Below are positions 1 through 9,405 of a stretch of 64,000 nucleotides of DNA, in pieces. Under the pieces are notes generated by a model. It made no database searches. It had not been told where the DNA came from and worked only from the letters and a program-made list of their open reading frames with translations. Location: contig JANYEY010000092.1 of NCBI GenBank assembly GCA_025359685.1, positions 99 through 64,098 of the forward strand, read 5' to 3'. Each line of letters starts with the position of its first letter. The stretch's first letter is position 1. The position numbers were made by a program, and so were the translations under genes. This DNA comes from Sphingomonadaceae bacterium. Its GTDB lineage: Bacteria; Pseudomonadota; Alphaproteobacteria; Sphingomonadales; Sphingomonadaceae.

Positions 1-24
1 CGCGAAGGCGGGCTGGAGTTCTGA
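1..24 (+). CDS. rplR: 50S ribosomal protein L18, 3' end only (partial)
   Basis: Frame 1 reads REGGLEF-stop, the typical alphaproteobacterial L18 C-terminus, directly before rpsE. Confidence 0.85.
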   Translation, partial: REGGLEF

Positions 25-26
25 CA

Positions 27-803
27 ATGGCTGACGAAACCAACAACGAAGCAGTGGCTGAAACGCCAATCGCAGCCGAGCATCCGCAAGGCGCCGAACC
101 TGCAGTCGAAGCGCGTGAACCGCGCGGCGGCGGCAATCGCGGTGGCGGTGGCGGCAACAGCGGCGGCGGCAATCGCGGCCGTGGCGGCCCGGGCGGCGGC
201 AATGACCGTAACCGTGGTGGACGCGGCGGCAACGACCGTGGCGGCCGCGGCGGTAGCGATGACGGCGGCGAAGAACTGATCGAGAAGCTGGTCCACATCA
301 ACCGCGTCTCGAAGACCGTAAAGGGCGGCAAGCGCTTTGGCTTTGCAGCACTGGTCGTGGTCGGTGACGGCAAGGGCCGCGCCGGGTTCGGCAAGGGCAA
401 GGCCCGCGAAGTTCCTGAAGCGATCACCAAGGCGACTGCCGCTGCCAAGCGCGCGATGGTCCGTGTGCCGCTTAAGGAAGGCCGCACGCTGCATCACGAC
501 GGCAAGGGCCGTTTCGGTGCTGGCAAGGTGAACCTGCGCACGGCTCCGGCCGGGACCGGGATCATCGCGGGTGGCCCGATGCGCGCCGTGTTCGAAAGCC
601 TGGGTGTTGCCGACGTGGTGACCAAGTCGGTCGGCTCGTCCAACCCTTACAACATGATCCGCGCCACGTTCGATGCCCTGACTGAGCAGACTTCGCCGAA
701 GTCGGTGGCACAGCGCCGGGGCAAGAAGGTCGCCGATCTGCTGGGTCGCGGCGGCGCAAGCGTTGCGGAGGCTGAGGCCGCCGCTGACGCGATTACGGAG
801 TAA
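27..803 (+). CDS. rpsE: 30S ribosomal protein S5 with long acidic and Gly/Arg-rich N-terminal extension
   Basis: [29 protein letters not shown] and GTGIIAGG motifs; spc operon position. Confidence 0.98.
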   Translation: MADETNNEAVAETPIAAEHPQGAEPAVEAREPRGGGNRGGGGGNSGGGNRGRGGPGGGNDRNRGGRGGNDRGGRGGSDDGGEELIEKLVHINRVSKTVKGGKRFGFAALVVVGDGKGRAGFGKGKAREVPEAITKATAAAKRAMVRVPLKEGRTLHHDGKGRFGAGKVNLRTAPAGTGIIAGGPMRAVFESLGVADVVTKSVGSSNPYNMIRATFDALTEQTSPKSVAQRRGKKVADLLGRGGASVAEAEAAADAITE

Positions 804-807
804 GATC

Positions 808-999
808 ATGGCGAAAGAAGCCAAGAAGACCATTCGCATCAAGCAGATCGGGTCGCCGATCCGCCGTCCGGCCAGCCAGAAGGCGATTCTGATCGGCCTC
901 GGGCTGGGGAAGATGAACCGTGTGGTTGAATTGCAGGACACAGCCGAAGTGCGCGGCGCGATTGCCAAGCTGCCGCACATGGTAGCCGTGGTTGACTGA
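808..999 (+). CDS. rpmD: 50S ribosomal protein L30
   Basis: [11 protein letters not shown]...GLGLGKMNR; ATG at 808 after GGAG; follows rpsE. Confidence 0.97.
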   Translation: MAKEAKKTIRIKQIGSPIRRPASQKAILIGLGLGKMNRVVELQDTAEVRGAIAKLPHMVAVVD

Positions 1000-1071
1000 C
1001 CATCCATTGCAGCCCGGCCCGGTCCGGACTGTTCATTACAGCGCGACTAAAAGCGAAAGCGAGTGCAACAC

Positions 1072-1608
1072 ATGAAACTTACTGAAATTCGTGACAACCA
1101 GGGTGCCCGCAAGTCCCGCATGCGCGTTGGACGCGGCATCGGCTCGGGCAAGGGCAAGACTGCTGGCCGCGGCCAAAAGGGTGCCAAGGCACGTTCGGGC
1201 GTCAGCATCAATGGGTTCGAAGGCGGCCAGATGCCGCTCCACATGCGGATCCCGAAGCGCGGCTTCAACAACAAGTTCGCCAAGGACTTTGCCGAAGTTA
1301 ACCTCGGCCTGATCCAGAAGGCGCTCGACGCCGGCAAGCTTGATGCCAAGGCCGTGATCGATCACGCAGCGCTCAAGGCTGCTGGTCTCGCGCGCGGCGG
1401 CAAGGACGGCGTGCGTCTGCTCGGCAAGGGTGAACTGACGGCCAAGGTCAAGTTCCTGGTCGACGGTGTTTCGGCCGGTGCCAAGGCTGCGGTCGAAAAG
1501 GCCGGCGGCTCGGTCGATCTGCCCGAGGCGGTTGCCAGCGAGCATGAAAAGAAGACCGCGCGCCGCGAAGTCAACAAGACTGCCAAGGCCGCCAAGATCG
1601 CTAAGTAA
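1072..1608 (+). CDS. rplO: 50S ribosomal protein L15
   Basis: [20 protein letters not shown] and FEGGQMPL motifs; ATG at 1072 preferred over GTG 1063. Confidence 0.97.
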   Translation: MKLTEIRDNQGARKSRMRVGRGIGSGKGKTAGRGQKGAKARSGVSINGFEGGQMPLHMRIPKRGFNNKFAKDFAEVNLGLIQKALDAGKLDAKAVIDHAALKAAGLARGGKDGVRLLGKGELTAKVKFLVDGVSAGAKAAVEKAGGSVDLPEAVASEHEKKTARREVNKTAKAAKIAK

Positions 1609-1615
1609 CGCGTTT

Positions 1616-1660
1616 GCGTGCATTCCCGTCCCGGCGAAAGCCGGGGCGGGGAATGTGCGT
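1616..1660 (+). other. Long GC-rich hairpin with GAAA tetraloop between rplO and secY
   Basis: GCGTGCATTCC...CCCGGC-GAAA-GCCGGG...GGAATGTGCGT. Confidence 0.7.
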
Positions 1661-1746
1661 TTGGGGGGTTCGACTTCGCCGCTTCGTCCCTATATGGGGG
1701 CACATGAGCGGTCCGGGGCGGACCGACAGCAAGGCATTTCATTCCG

Positions 1747-3096
1747 ATGGCATCACGCGCGGACAATATCGCGAGCAATCTCAGTCTCGCCAATTTCTCC
1801 AAGGCGACCGAGCTGAAGAAGCGGATCTGGTTCACCATCGGTGCGCTGATCGTCTTCCGCTTCCTGAGCTTTGTGCCGCTGCCCGGTATCGACCCGTTGA
1901 AGCTGCGCGCGTTCATGGAAAAGAGTTCGGGCGGCATCCTCGATTTCTTCAACATGTTCTCTGGCGGCGCGCTGGCCAATTACAGCCTCATCTCGCTCGG
2001 CGTGATGCCGTACATCACCGCCTCGATCGTGGTGCAGCTCGCTTCGTCGCTGCATCCCTCGCTCGCCAGCCTGAAGAAGGAAGGCGAAAGCGGTCGGCGC
2101 AAGCTTAACCAGTACAGCCGCTATGGCGCGGTGCTGCTCAGCCTTCTGCAGGGTTATGCCGCGCTGCGTAACGCCGACGTTCAGGGCTTTGCGATCGATC
2201 CGGGCTTGCTGTTCTACGGCGCCGGCCTGATCTCGCTGGTTGGCGGGACGATGTTCTTGCTGTGGCTGGGCGAACAGATCACCAGCCGCGGGATCGGCAA
2301 CGGCACCTCGCTGATCATCATGGCCGGGATCGTCGCGCAGATGCCGGTGTTCTTCTCCAACATGTTCAGCCAGTACAGCACCGGCGGCATCGGCGGCATT
2401 ACCGTGGCCATCATGATCGGCATGGTCATCGCGATGATCCTGTTCATCTGCTTCATGGAACGCGCCACCCGGCGCTTGCTGATCCAGTATCCCAAGCGTG
2501 CCAGCCAGAACGGCATGATGCAGGCCGATCGCAGCCACTTGCCGCTGAAGATCAACACTGCGGGCGTCATTCCGCCGATCTTCGCCAGTTCGCTGTTGCT
2601 GCTCCCGCTGACCATCAGCCAGTTCGCCAGCAGCTCGATGTCTCCTGATTCCACCGCTGGCTCATTCATCATCGGGCTCAACCAGTACCTCGGCCATGGC
2701 AAGCCGGTGTATATGATCCTCTATGCGCTGCTGATCGTGTTCTTCTGCTTCTTCTACACCGCGGTGGTGTTCAATCCGGAAGAAACGTCGGAGAACCTCA
2801 AGCGCAACGGCGGCTTCATTCCCGGCATCCGCCCGGGCAAGAATACCGCGACCTATCTGGATTATGTGTTGACCCGCATCACGGTGATCGGCGCCGCCTA
2901 CATCACCATCGTCTGCGTCATCCCCGAAGTGGTGATGGAACAGACCGGGCTGCGTTTCTTCTTTGCTGGCGGCACCAGCTGGCTGATCGTGGTCAACGTG
3001 ACGGTCGATACGATCACGCAGATCCAGTCGCACCTGTTGGCGCACCAGTATGGTGATCTGATCAAGAAGGCCAAGCTCAAAGGCCGCATGCGCTAA
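1747..3096 (+). CDS. secY: Preprotein translocase subunit SecY
   Basis: SLGVMPYITASI, GIGNGTSLII, GVIPPIFA, FIPGIRPG motifs; about 10 TM segments. Confidence 0.98.
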   Translation: MASRADNIASNLSLANFSKATELKKRIWFTIGALIVFRFLSFVPLPGIDPLKLRAFMEKSSGGILDFFNMFSGGALANYSLISLGVMPYITASIVVQLASSLHPSLASLKKEGESGRRKLNQYSRYGAVLLSLLQGYAALRNADVQGFAIDPGLLFYGAGLISLVGGTMFLLWLGEQITSRGIGNGTSLIIMAGIVAQMPVFFSNMFSQYSTGGIGGITVAIMIGMVIAMILFICFMERATRRLLIQYPKRASQNGMMQADRSHLPLKINTAGVIPPIFASSLLLLPLTISQFASSSMSPDSTAGSFIIGLNQYLGHGKPVYMILYALLIVFFCFFYTAVVFNPEETSENLKRNGGFIPGIRPGKNTATYLDYVLTRITVIGAAYITIVCVIPEVVMEQTGLRFFFAGGTSWLIVVNVTVDTITQIQSHLLAHQYGDLIKKAKLKGRMR

Positions 3097-3118
3097 GCGC
3101 AAGCTCGGGGGACGGTAA

Positions 3119-3766
3119 GTGGACATCATCCTGCTTGGACCGCCCGGGGCGGGCAAGGGTACTCAGGCGCAGCGGCTTGTCGCTGCGCACGGCATGAAGC
3201 AGCTTTCGACGGGCGACATGTTGCGCGCTGCTGTTAAGGCCGGAACGCCAGTCGGTCTTGCGGCCAAGGCGGTCATGGATCGGGGTGAGCTGGTTTCGGA
3301 CGATATCGTCTCCGCGCTGATCGGTGAGGAGCTCGATTCACTGGCACCGGGTCAAGGCGCAATCTTCGACGGTTACCCGCGCACTGCGGCGCAAGCTCAA
3401 GCGCTCGACGGAATCCTGGCCGGTCGCCAGCGCAAACTTGCGCATGTGATCGAGCTTGAAGTGAACGAGGACGCGCTGGTTGAGCGCATTTGCGGGCGCT
3501 ATACCTGTGCCAATTGCGGCAAGGGTTACCACGACAAGTTTGAGCAACCCAAAATGCCCGGAACCTGCGACCGTTGCGGCAGCCACGAATTCAAGCGCCG
3601 CCCAGACGACAACGAAGATACCGTGCGGACCCGCATGGCCGAATACCGCGCCAAGACCGCGCCGATCCTGCCGATCTACGAAGCGCGCGGGATTGTCGCC
3701 CGGGTCGACGGTATGGCCGACATCGAACATGTGACAGCGGCGATCGAAACGATTATTGCTTCCTGA
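3119..3766 (+). CDS. adk: Adenylate kinase with Zn-binding LID (CANC...CDRC)
   Basis: GPPGAGKGTQA P-loop, STGDMLR, DGYPRT; GTG start. Confidence 0.98.
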   Translation: MDIILLGPPGAGKGTQAQRLVAAHGMKQLSTGDMLRAAVKAGTPVGLAAKAVMDRGELVSDDIVSALIGEELDSLAPGQGAIFDGYPRTAAQAQALDGILAGRQRKLAHVIELEVNEDALVERICGRYTCANCGKGYHDKFEQPKMPGTCDRCGSHEFKRRPDDNEDTVRTRMAEYRAKTAPILPIYEARGIVARVDGMADIEHVTAAIETIIAS

Positions 3767-3810
3767 CCGATCGGGTAACTCTCACCCGGCAAGCCAATCC
3801 GGGGGGACCA

Positions 3811-4395
3811 ATGATCCGCACAACTGCCCTGTTCGCCGCGCTGCTGCTGGCCACGCCTGCCGTGCCCGTCCGGGCTGAAGTCGTGGCCCAGTCAGACGCC
3901 GGTTTCGTGATCAAGCAATCAGTCGAGGTTTCAGCTGACCAGCAAGCAGTCTGGAAAGCGCTGATTGCCCCAGCGAAGTGGTGGTCGAGCGACCACACCT
4001 GGTCGCACGATGCGGCTAACCTCTATCTCGACGCGCAGGCCACTGGCTGCTTTTGCGAGAAGCTGCCAAAGCCTGCCGATGCCCCGGCAGATCAGCGCAT
4101 CGGAAGCGTAGAACATATGCATGTGATCTTTGCCGATCCGCAGCGCGGCCTGCTGCGCATGTCGGGCGGGCTGGGTCCGCTGCAGGGTGAAGCGCTAAAT
4201 GGCACGTTGACGATCGAATTGAAGAAGACCGAAACCGGCACGCGGATCGAAATGGAATATGTCGTCGGTGGCTATATGCGGATGAAGTCCGAGGAGATCG
4301 CACCTGCTGTGGACGGAGTGCTCGGCCAGCAGCTCTCCGGGCTTGCCAAGCTGTTCGAAGCAGCCGCGCCAGCAGCGTCGGCCACGCCGGGCTGA
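3811..4395 (+). CDS. Exported SRPBCC (START/Bet v1-like) family protein
   Basis: Signal peptide MIRTTALFAALLLATPA; WWSSDHTWS, GCFCE, GGLGPLQ motifs. Confidence 0.75.
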   Translation: MIRTTALFAALLLATPAVPVRAEVVAQSDAGFVIKQSVEVSADQQAVWKALIAPAKWWSSDHTWSHDAANLYLDAQATGCFCEKLPKPADAPADQRIGSVEHMHVIFADPQRGLLRMSGGLGPLQGEALNGTLTIELKKTETGTRIEMEYVVGGYMRMKSEEIAPAVDGVLGQQLSGLAKLFEAAAPAASATPG

Positions 4396-4418
4396 GCGCT
4401 CAACGCGGCGGGCAGCCT

Positions 4419-4446
4419 TTGACATTTGGGCGGGGAAGGGTAGTCT
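4419..4446 (+). promoter_or_regulatory. Candidate sigma70 promoter (distal) upstream of rpsM
   Basis: TTGACA-N16-TAGTCT. Confidence 0.45.
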
Positions 4447-4512
4447 TGCCAAGCAAGTGCAGCGTGCCAGGATCGATCCGAAGCACGTCTTTGCCTTGCG
4501 CTTGGCGAAGCG

Positions 4513-4541
4513 TTGACATGATCCGCGAATCGCCCTAAGCG
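4513..4541 (+). promoter_or_regulatory. Candidate sigma70 promoter for rpsM-rpsK-rpoA-rplQ
   Basis: TTGACA-N17-TAAGCG, with a weak -10 as is common in alphaproteobacteria. Confidence 0.55.
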
Positions 4542-4686
4542 CGCCGCTCAACCGAATTACGGGGTAAGTCCGGAAGGCGTAGGCCCTAGTGCTCGCCAGC
4601 CGGGCTTTTTGCCGTTTTTCGCGGGTTGAGGCGTTGAGATAGGGTTTGCGGTTAGCCGTATTCGCCTGTGGAGCATGGAGAATTAA

Positions 4687-5055
4687 GTGGCTCGTATTGC
4701 CGGGGTAAACATCCCCACCAACAAGCGCGTAGTTATCGCGCTGACCTACATTCATGGTATCGGTCCGTTCAAGGCCAAGCAGATTGCCGCCAAGGTGGGG
4801 ATTGATCCTGCCCGGCGCGTATCTGACCTGTCCGATCAAGAAGTTCTGCACATTCGCGAAACGATCGACGCAGAGCATATGGTCGAAGGCGATCTGCGGC
4901 GTGATACGTCGATGAACATCAAGCGTTTGATGGATTTGGCCTGCTATCGCGGGTTGCGTCACCGTAAGGGCCTGCCGGTCCGCGGTCAGCGCACGCACAC
5001 CAACGCCCGCACCCGCAAGGGCAAGGCCAAGCCGATCGCCGGCAAGAAGAAGTAA
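4687..5055 (+). CDS. rpsM: 30S ribosomal protein S13
   Basis: [10 protein letters not shown]...[26 protein letters not shown]. Confidence 0.99.
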   Translation: MARIAGVNIPTNKRVVIALTYIHGIGPFKAKQIAAKVGIDPARRVSDLSDQEVLHIRETIDAEHMVEGDLRRDTSMNIKRLMDLACYRGLRHRKGLPVRGQRTHTNARTRKGKAKPIAGKKK

Positions 5056-5056
5056 T

Positions 5057-5080
5057 CTTCGACAGGCTCAGGACGAGCGG
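5057..5080. repeat. Half copy of an alphaproteobacterial intergenic palindromic (REP-like) repeat
   Basis: CTTCGACAGGCTCAGGACGAGCGG, recognised from memory as one arm of a common repeat; the complementary arm is absent here. Confidence 0.55.
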
Positions 5081-5138
5081 GCCCACCGGCCCGTGAGGTC
5101 CACCGCCGTCCCTTTGCTTATTTGACAGGATAGATACC

Positions 5139-5528
5139 ATGGCACGCGAACCCCAGCGCATTAAGAAGCGGGAGCGGAAGAATATCTCGAGCGGCATCGC
5201 TCATGTGAATGCCAGCTTCAACAATACCATGATCACCATCACCGATGCGCAGGGCAATGCGATCAGCTGGTCTAGCGCCGGCACGATGGGGTTCAAGGGC
5301 AGCCGCAAATCGACGCCGTATGCAGCCCAGGTTGCTGCTGACGACGCCGGCAAAAAGGCCGCCGAACACGGCGTGCGGACGCTCGAAGTCGAAGTGAAGG
5401 GCCCGGGCTCGGGCCGCGAAAGCGCGCTGCGGGCACTCGCCGCGGTCGGCTTCACGATCACTTCGATCCGCGACGTTACCCCGATCCCGCACAACGGGGT
5501 CCGGCCTTCAAAGCGCCGCCGCGTCTGA
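5139..5528 (+). CDS. rpsK: 30S ribosomal protein S11
   Basis: [29 protein letters not shown] motifs. Confidence 0.99.
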   Translation: MAREPQRIKKRERKNISSGIAHVNASFNNTMITITDAQGNAISWSSAGTMGFKGSRKSTPYAAQVAADDAGKKAAEHGVRTLEVEVKGPGSGRESALRALAAVGFTITSIRDVTPIPHNGVRPSKRRRV

Positions 5529-5634
5529 TCACCCGTTCGCGGCGGGGTAGCTCGCCGCAATTCGGATCGGCCGCCGGTTTTTGTGAACAGAAACCACGGC
5601 CGTTCCCGCCAGAACAAACCCCAAGGGGAAGTCC

Positions 5635-6693
5635 ATGACCGTCAATATCAAAAACTGGCAGGAACTTAAGAAGCCTAACAGCCTTGAAGTGAAGGCCGGC
5701 AACGATGCCAAGCGCCGCGCGACTTTCGTCGCCGAGCCGCTTGAGCGGGGCTTTGGCCTGACGCTCGGCAACGCGCTGCGCCGGGTTCTGCTCTCCTCGC
5801 TCCAGGGCGCGGCGATCACTTCGATCAAGATGGAAAACGTGCTGCACGAATTCAGCTCGCTTGCTGGCGTGCGTGAAGACGTGACCGACATCGTGCTCAA
5901 CGTGAAGCAGATCGCACTGCGTATGCAGGGCGAAGGCCCCAAGCGCCTGCAGCTTTCGGTGACCGGCCCGGGCGAAGTCACCGCCGGCGACATCGCCGTT
6001 TCGGGCGACATCGAGGTGATGAACAAGGATCTCGTGATCTGCCACCTCGATGAAGGTGCGATCCTCAACATGGAACTGACCGCCGATAGCGGCAAGGGCT
6101 ACGTTCCCGCCGTCGGCAACCGTCCGATCGACGCACCGATTGGCCTGATCCCGGTTGATTCGCTTTATTCGCCGGTTCGCCAGGTCAGCTACAAGGTCGA
6201 TAATGCCCGCATCGGACAGGAGCTCGACTACGACAAGCTTAGCTTGACGATCGAAACCGACGGCACGATCAGCCCCGAAGACGCCGTAGCTTATGCAGCG
6301 CGGATTCTGCAGGATCAGCTCTCGCTGTTCGTGCACTTCGAAGATGCGATGCCGGTGGGTGGTTCGCCGATGATCGGTATGGCCGCTGCACCCGCCGAAG
6401 AAGGCGATACCAACCAGCTCAACCGTTACCTGCTCAAGAAGGTCGACGAGCTGGAACTGTCGGTACGCAGCGCCAACTGCCTCAAGAACGACAACATCAT
6501 CTACATCGGCGATCTGGTCCAGAAGACCGAAGCCGAGATGCTGCGCACGCCGAACTTCGGCCGCAAGTCGCTCAACGAGATCAAGGAAGTGCTCAGCTCG
6601 ATGGGTCTGCGCCTCGGCATGGATATCCCCGGCTGGCCGCCTGAGAACATCGAAGAGATGGCCAAGAAGCTCGAGCAGGAACTGCTGGGTTAA
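5635..6693 (+). CDS. rpoA: RNA polymerase alpha subunit
   Basis: [22 protein letters not shown] and [11 protein letters not shown]...NFGRKSL motifs. Confidence 0.99.
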   Translation: MTVNIKNWQELKKPNSLEVKAGNDAKRRATFVAEPLERGFGLTLGNALRRVLLSSLQGAAITSIKMENVLHEFSSLAGVREDVTDIVLNVKQIALRMQGEGPKRLQLSVTGPGEVTAGDIAVSGDIEVMNKDLVICHLDEGAILNMELTADSGKGYVPAVGNRPIDAPIGLIPVDSLYSPVRQVSYKVDNARIGQELDYDKLSLTIETDGTISPEDAVAYAARILQDQLSLFVHFEDAMPVGGSPMIGMAAAPAEEGDTNQLNRYLLKKVDELELSVRSANCLKNDNIIYIGDLVQKTEAEMLRTPNFGRKSLNEIKEVLSSMGLRLGMDIPGWPPENIEEMAKKLEQELLG

Positions 6694-6770
6694 TCACGGA
6701 ACGGCGCCGCCGCTTCGGCGCCTGGTACGGGCTACCTGATACGGGCCCCTAACGAACGAAGGACTTTAAC

Positions 6771-7181
6771 ATGCGTCACAAAATGGGCGGGCGTAAGCTC
6801 AACCGCACTTCCTCGCACCGCAAGGCGCTCTTGCGCAATATGGCGGCCGCGCTGGTCAAGCATGAACAGATCACAACCACGCTGCCCAAGGCGCGCGAGC
6901 TGCGCCCTTACGTGGAAAAGCTGATCACGCTGGCGAAGCATGGCGGGCTTTCAAACCGCCGTCTCGCGCATGCCCGCATGCTTGACGATACGCAGCTGGT
7001 GAAGCTGTTCGACGTGCTGGCCGCGCGCTATGCCACCCGCGAAGGCGGCTACACCCGCGTGATCAAGGCCGGCATCCGCGCCGGCGATGCCTCGCCGATG
7101 GCGGTGATCGAACTGGTCGATCGCGACGTTGCGGCCAAGGGCCAGGATTCGGGTCCGGTCTTCTCTGACGACGCAGAATAA
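6771..7181 (+). CDS. rplQ: 50S ribosomal protein L17
   Basis: [19 protein letters not shown]...GGYTR. Confidence 0.99.
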   Translation: MRHKMGGRKLNRTSSHRKALLRNMAAALVKHEQITTTLPKARELRPYVEKLITLAKHGGLSNRRLAHARMLDDTQLVKLFDVLAARYATREGGYTRVIKAGIRAGDASPMAVIELVDRDVAAKGQDSGPVFSDDAE

Positions 7182-7207
7182 TTCCTGACATTCGTCGAAC
7201 GACGAAT

Positions 7208-7251
7208 TGCAAAGGCGGCGGCAGGTTCTACCCTGACCGCCGTCTTTTGCA
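7208..7251 (+). terminator. Rho-independent terminator after rplQ
   Basis: GGCGGCGG...CCGCCGTC stem followed by TTTT. Confidence 0.7.
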
Positions 7252-7278
7252 TTTGGGGGAAGCGCCTTGCAGCGTCGA

Positions 7279-9405
7279 ATGAAACTTCTGGCGGGGCTGG
7301 TCTTGGGCCTGACCGCCGCTGCAGCAACGGCTGAAACGATGAAGCTTACTTACCCGCAAACCCGCAAGCAGGACCTGATCGAACAGCAATTCGGCGAGAA
7401 AGTAGCCGATCCTTATCGCTGGCTGGAGAACGACGCCCGCACCGATACGGATGTGGCCGACTGGGTGAGCCGCGAGAACGCGGTGACTCAGCAGTATCTC
7501 GGCACGCTGGGGCAGCGCGCGTGGTTCGGGCAGCGGATCAAGGCGCTGATGGACTACGAGCGCTTTGGGCTGCCGCAGAAGGCGGGCAAATTCTATTTCT
7601 ATACGCGCAATTCCGGGTTGCAGAATCAGGCGCAGCTGTTCGTGCGGCAAGGGTTGAGCGGAGCGCCGCGGCTGCTGATCGATCCCAATGGCTGGGCCAA
7701 GGACGGCGCCACCGCGTTAGATGCGTGGGAGCCTTCGAAGACCGGCAAGTACCTCGCCTACTCAGTGCAGGACGGCGGGACCGACTGGCGGATCATCCGC
7801 ACGCTCGATACGGCCACCGGCAAGGTGCTGAGCGACGAGATCAAGTGGGCCAAGTTTACCGGCATTTCGTGGATCGGCGACAAGGGCTTTCTCTATTCGC
7901 GCTTCCCCGCTCCAGTTGAAGGGCAGGCATTCCAGCAGCTCAACAAGAATCAGGAAGTGCGCTTTCACCGCGTTGGCACGCCGCAAAGTTCGGATGAGCT
8001 GGTCTATTCGACGCCGAACGATCCCGACCTAGGCCACGGTGCCGGGGTCACTCACGACGGCCGCTGGGCGATCATCACCTCGACCCGCGGCACCGACAAT
8101 CGCAACATGGTCCATCTGATCCGCCTCGGCGGCAAGAAGGGCTGGGCGGTGCAGACCTTGATCGGCGATCTGGAAAATGACTGGACCCCGATCGAGGGGA
8201 TGGGCGACACGCTTTACTTCGTAACCAACAAGGGCGCGCCGAAGCTCAAGGTGGTGCGAGTAAACCTGGCAGCGAAGTCGCTGCTGTTTGAGGAGCTCGT
8301 CCCCGAACGCGCCGAAACGCTCGAACGCGCGCGGATCGTCGGGAACCGGATCATCCTGTCATACCTGAAAGACGCAGCTTCGACCGCCGAGGCGGTCACG
8401 CTTGACGGCAGGCCGGTGCAGCACATCGAGCTTAGCGCGATCGGCACTGCCTCCGGCTTCACTGGCGAGCCCGGCGATTCCGAGACGTTCTACAGCTTCA
8501 CCAGCTTCAATCAGCCGAGCGCGATCTATCGCTACGATACGTCAACCGGCAAGAGCACGTCGTTCGCGCAGCCCAAACTGACCTTCGATCCCGGCAACTA
8601 CGTGATCGAACAGCGCTTTTACCCGTCAAAGGACGGGACCAAGATCCCGATGTTCCTGGTCCGGCGCAAGGACGTGGCCGCGGCCAACAAGCCGGTGCCA
8701 ACGCTGCTCTATGGCTACGGCGGGTTCGATATCTCGCTGACCCCGGCCTTTTCGGCGACGCGCATGGCCTGGCTTGAAGCCGGCGGGGCCTTTGCCATGG
8801 CCAACCTGCGCGGCGGCGGCGAATACGGCAAAGCTTGGCACGATGCCGGGCGGCTAAACAACAAGCAGAACGTGTTCGATGATTTCATCGCGGCGGGTGA
8901 ATACCTGATCGCGCAAGGCATCACCCCCAAGGCCGGGCTAGCGGTACAAGGCGGCTCCAACGGCGGACTGCTGATCGGCGCCGTGGTCAACCAGCGGCCT
9001 GACCTGTTCGCAGCGGCCAATGCGCAAGTGGGCGTGATGGACATGCTGCGCTTCGACCGCTTCACCGCCGGGCGATACTGGGTGGACGATTATGGCTATC
9101 CGGCAAAGGAGGCCGACTGGCGGGTGCTGCGCGCCTATTCGCCGTACCACAACATCAAGCCCGGCGTGGCCTATCCGGCGATGCTGGTGACGACCGCCGA
9201 TACCGATGACCGCGTAGTGCCGGGGCACAGCTTCAAATACACCGCCGCGCTGCAAGCCGCCGATCCGGCTGGCAAACCGCACCTGATCCGCATCGAAACC
9301 CGCGCCGGTCACGGGGCGGGCAAGCCGACCAACAAGGTGGTTGCGGAAGGTGCCGATACGCTGGCATTCCTGGCCCGGTGGACTGGGCTGGGAACGCCGA
9401 ACTAG
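7279..9405 (+). CDS. Exported prolyl oligopeptidase (S9A)
   Basis: Signal peptide; DPYRWLE, YGYGGF, GGSNGG nucleophile, DDRV, AGHG catalytic motifs. Confidence 0.95.
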   Translation: MKLLAGLVLGLTAAAATAETMKLTYPQTRKQDLIEQQFGEKVADPYRWLENDARTDTDVADWVSRENAVTQQYLGTLGQRAWFGQRIKALMDYERFGLPQKAGKFYFYTRNSGLQNQAQLFVRQGLSGAPRLLIDPNGWAKDGATALDAWEPSKTGKYLAYSVQDGGTDWRIIRTLDTATGKVLSDEIKWAKFTGISWIGDKGFLYSRFPAPVEGQAFQQLNKNQEVRFHRVGTPQSSDELVYSTPNDPDLGHGAGVTHDGRWAIITSTRGTDNRNMVHLIRLGGKKGWAVQTLIGDLENDWTPIEGMGDTLYFVTNKGAPKLKVVRVNLAAKSLLFEELVPERAETLERARIVGNRIILSYLKDAASTAEAVTLDGRPVQHIELSAIGTASGFTGEPGDSETFYSFTSFNQPSAIYRYDTSTGKSTSFAQPKLTFDPGNYVIEQRFYPSKDGTKIPMFLVRRKDVAAANKPVPTLLYGYGGFDISLTPAFSATRMAWLEAGGAFAMANLRGGGEYGKAWHDAGRLNNKQNVFDDFIAAGEYLIAQGITPKAGLAVQGGSNGGLLIGAVVNQRPDLFAAANAQVGVMDMLRFDRFTAGRYWVDDYGYPAKEADWRVLRAYSPYHNIKPGVAYPAMLVTTADTDDRVVPGHSFKYTAALQAADPAGKPHLIRIETRAGHGAGKPTNKVVAEGADTLAFLARWTGLGTPN

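Noticed and set aside
4570-4605. GTCCGGAAGG resembling SRP RNA
   Set aside because: Lacks the CAGG...GGAA...AGCAG domain IV pattern; better explained as the rpsM leader
3097-6770. Absence of rpmJ, infA, map and rpsD from the ribosomal cluster
   Set aside because: Normal alphaproteobacterial arrangement
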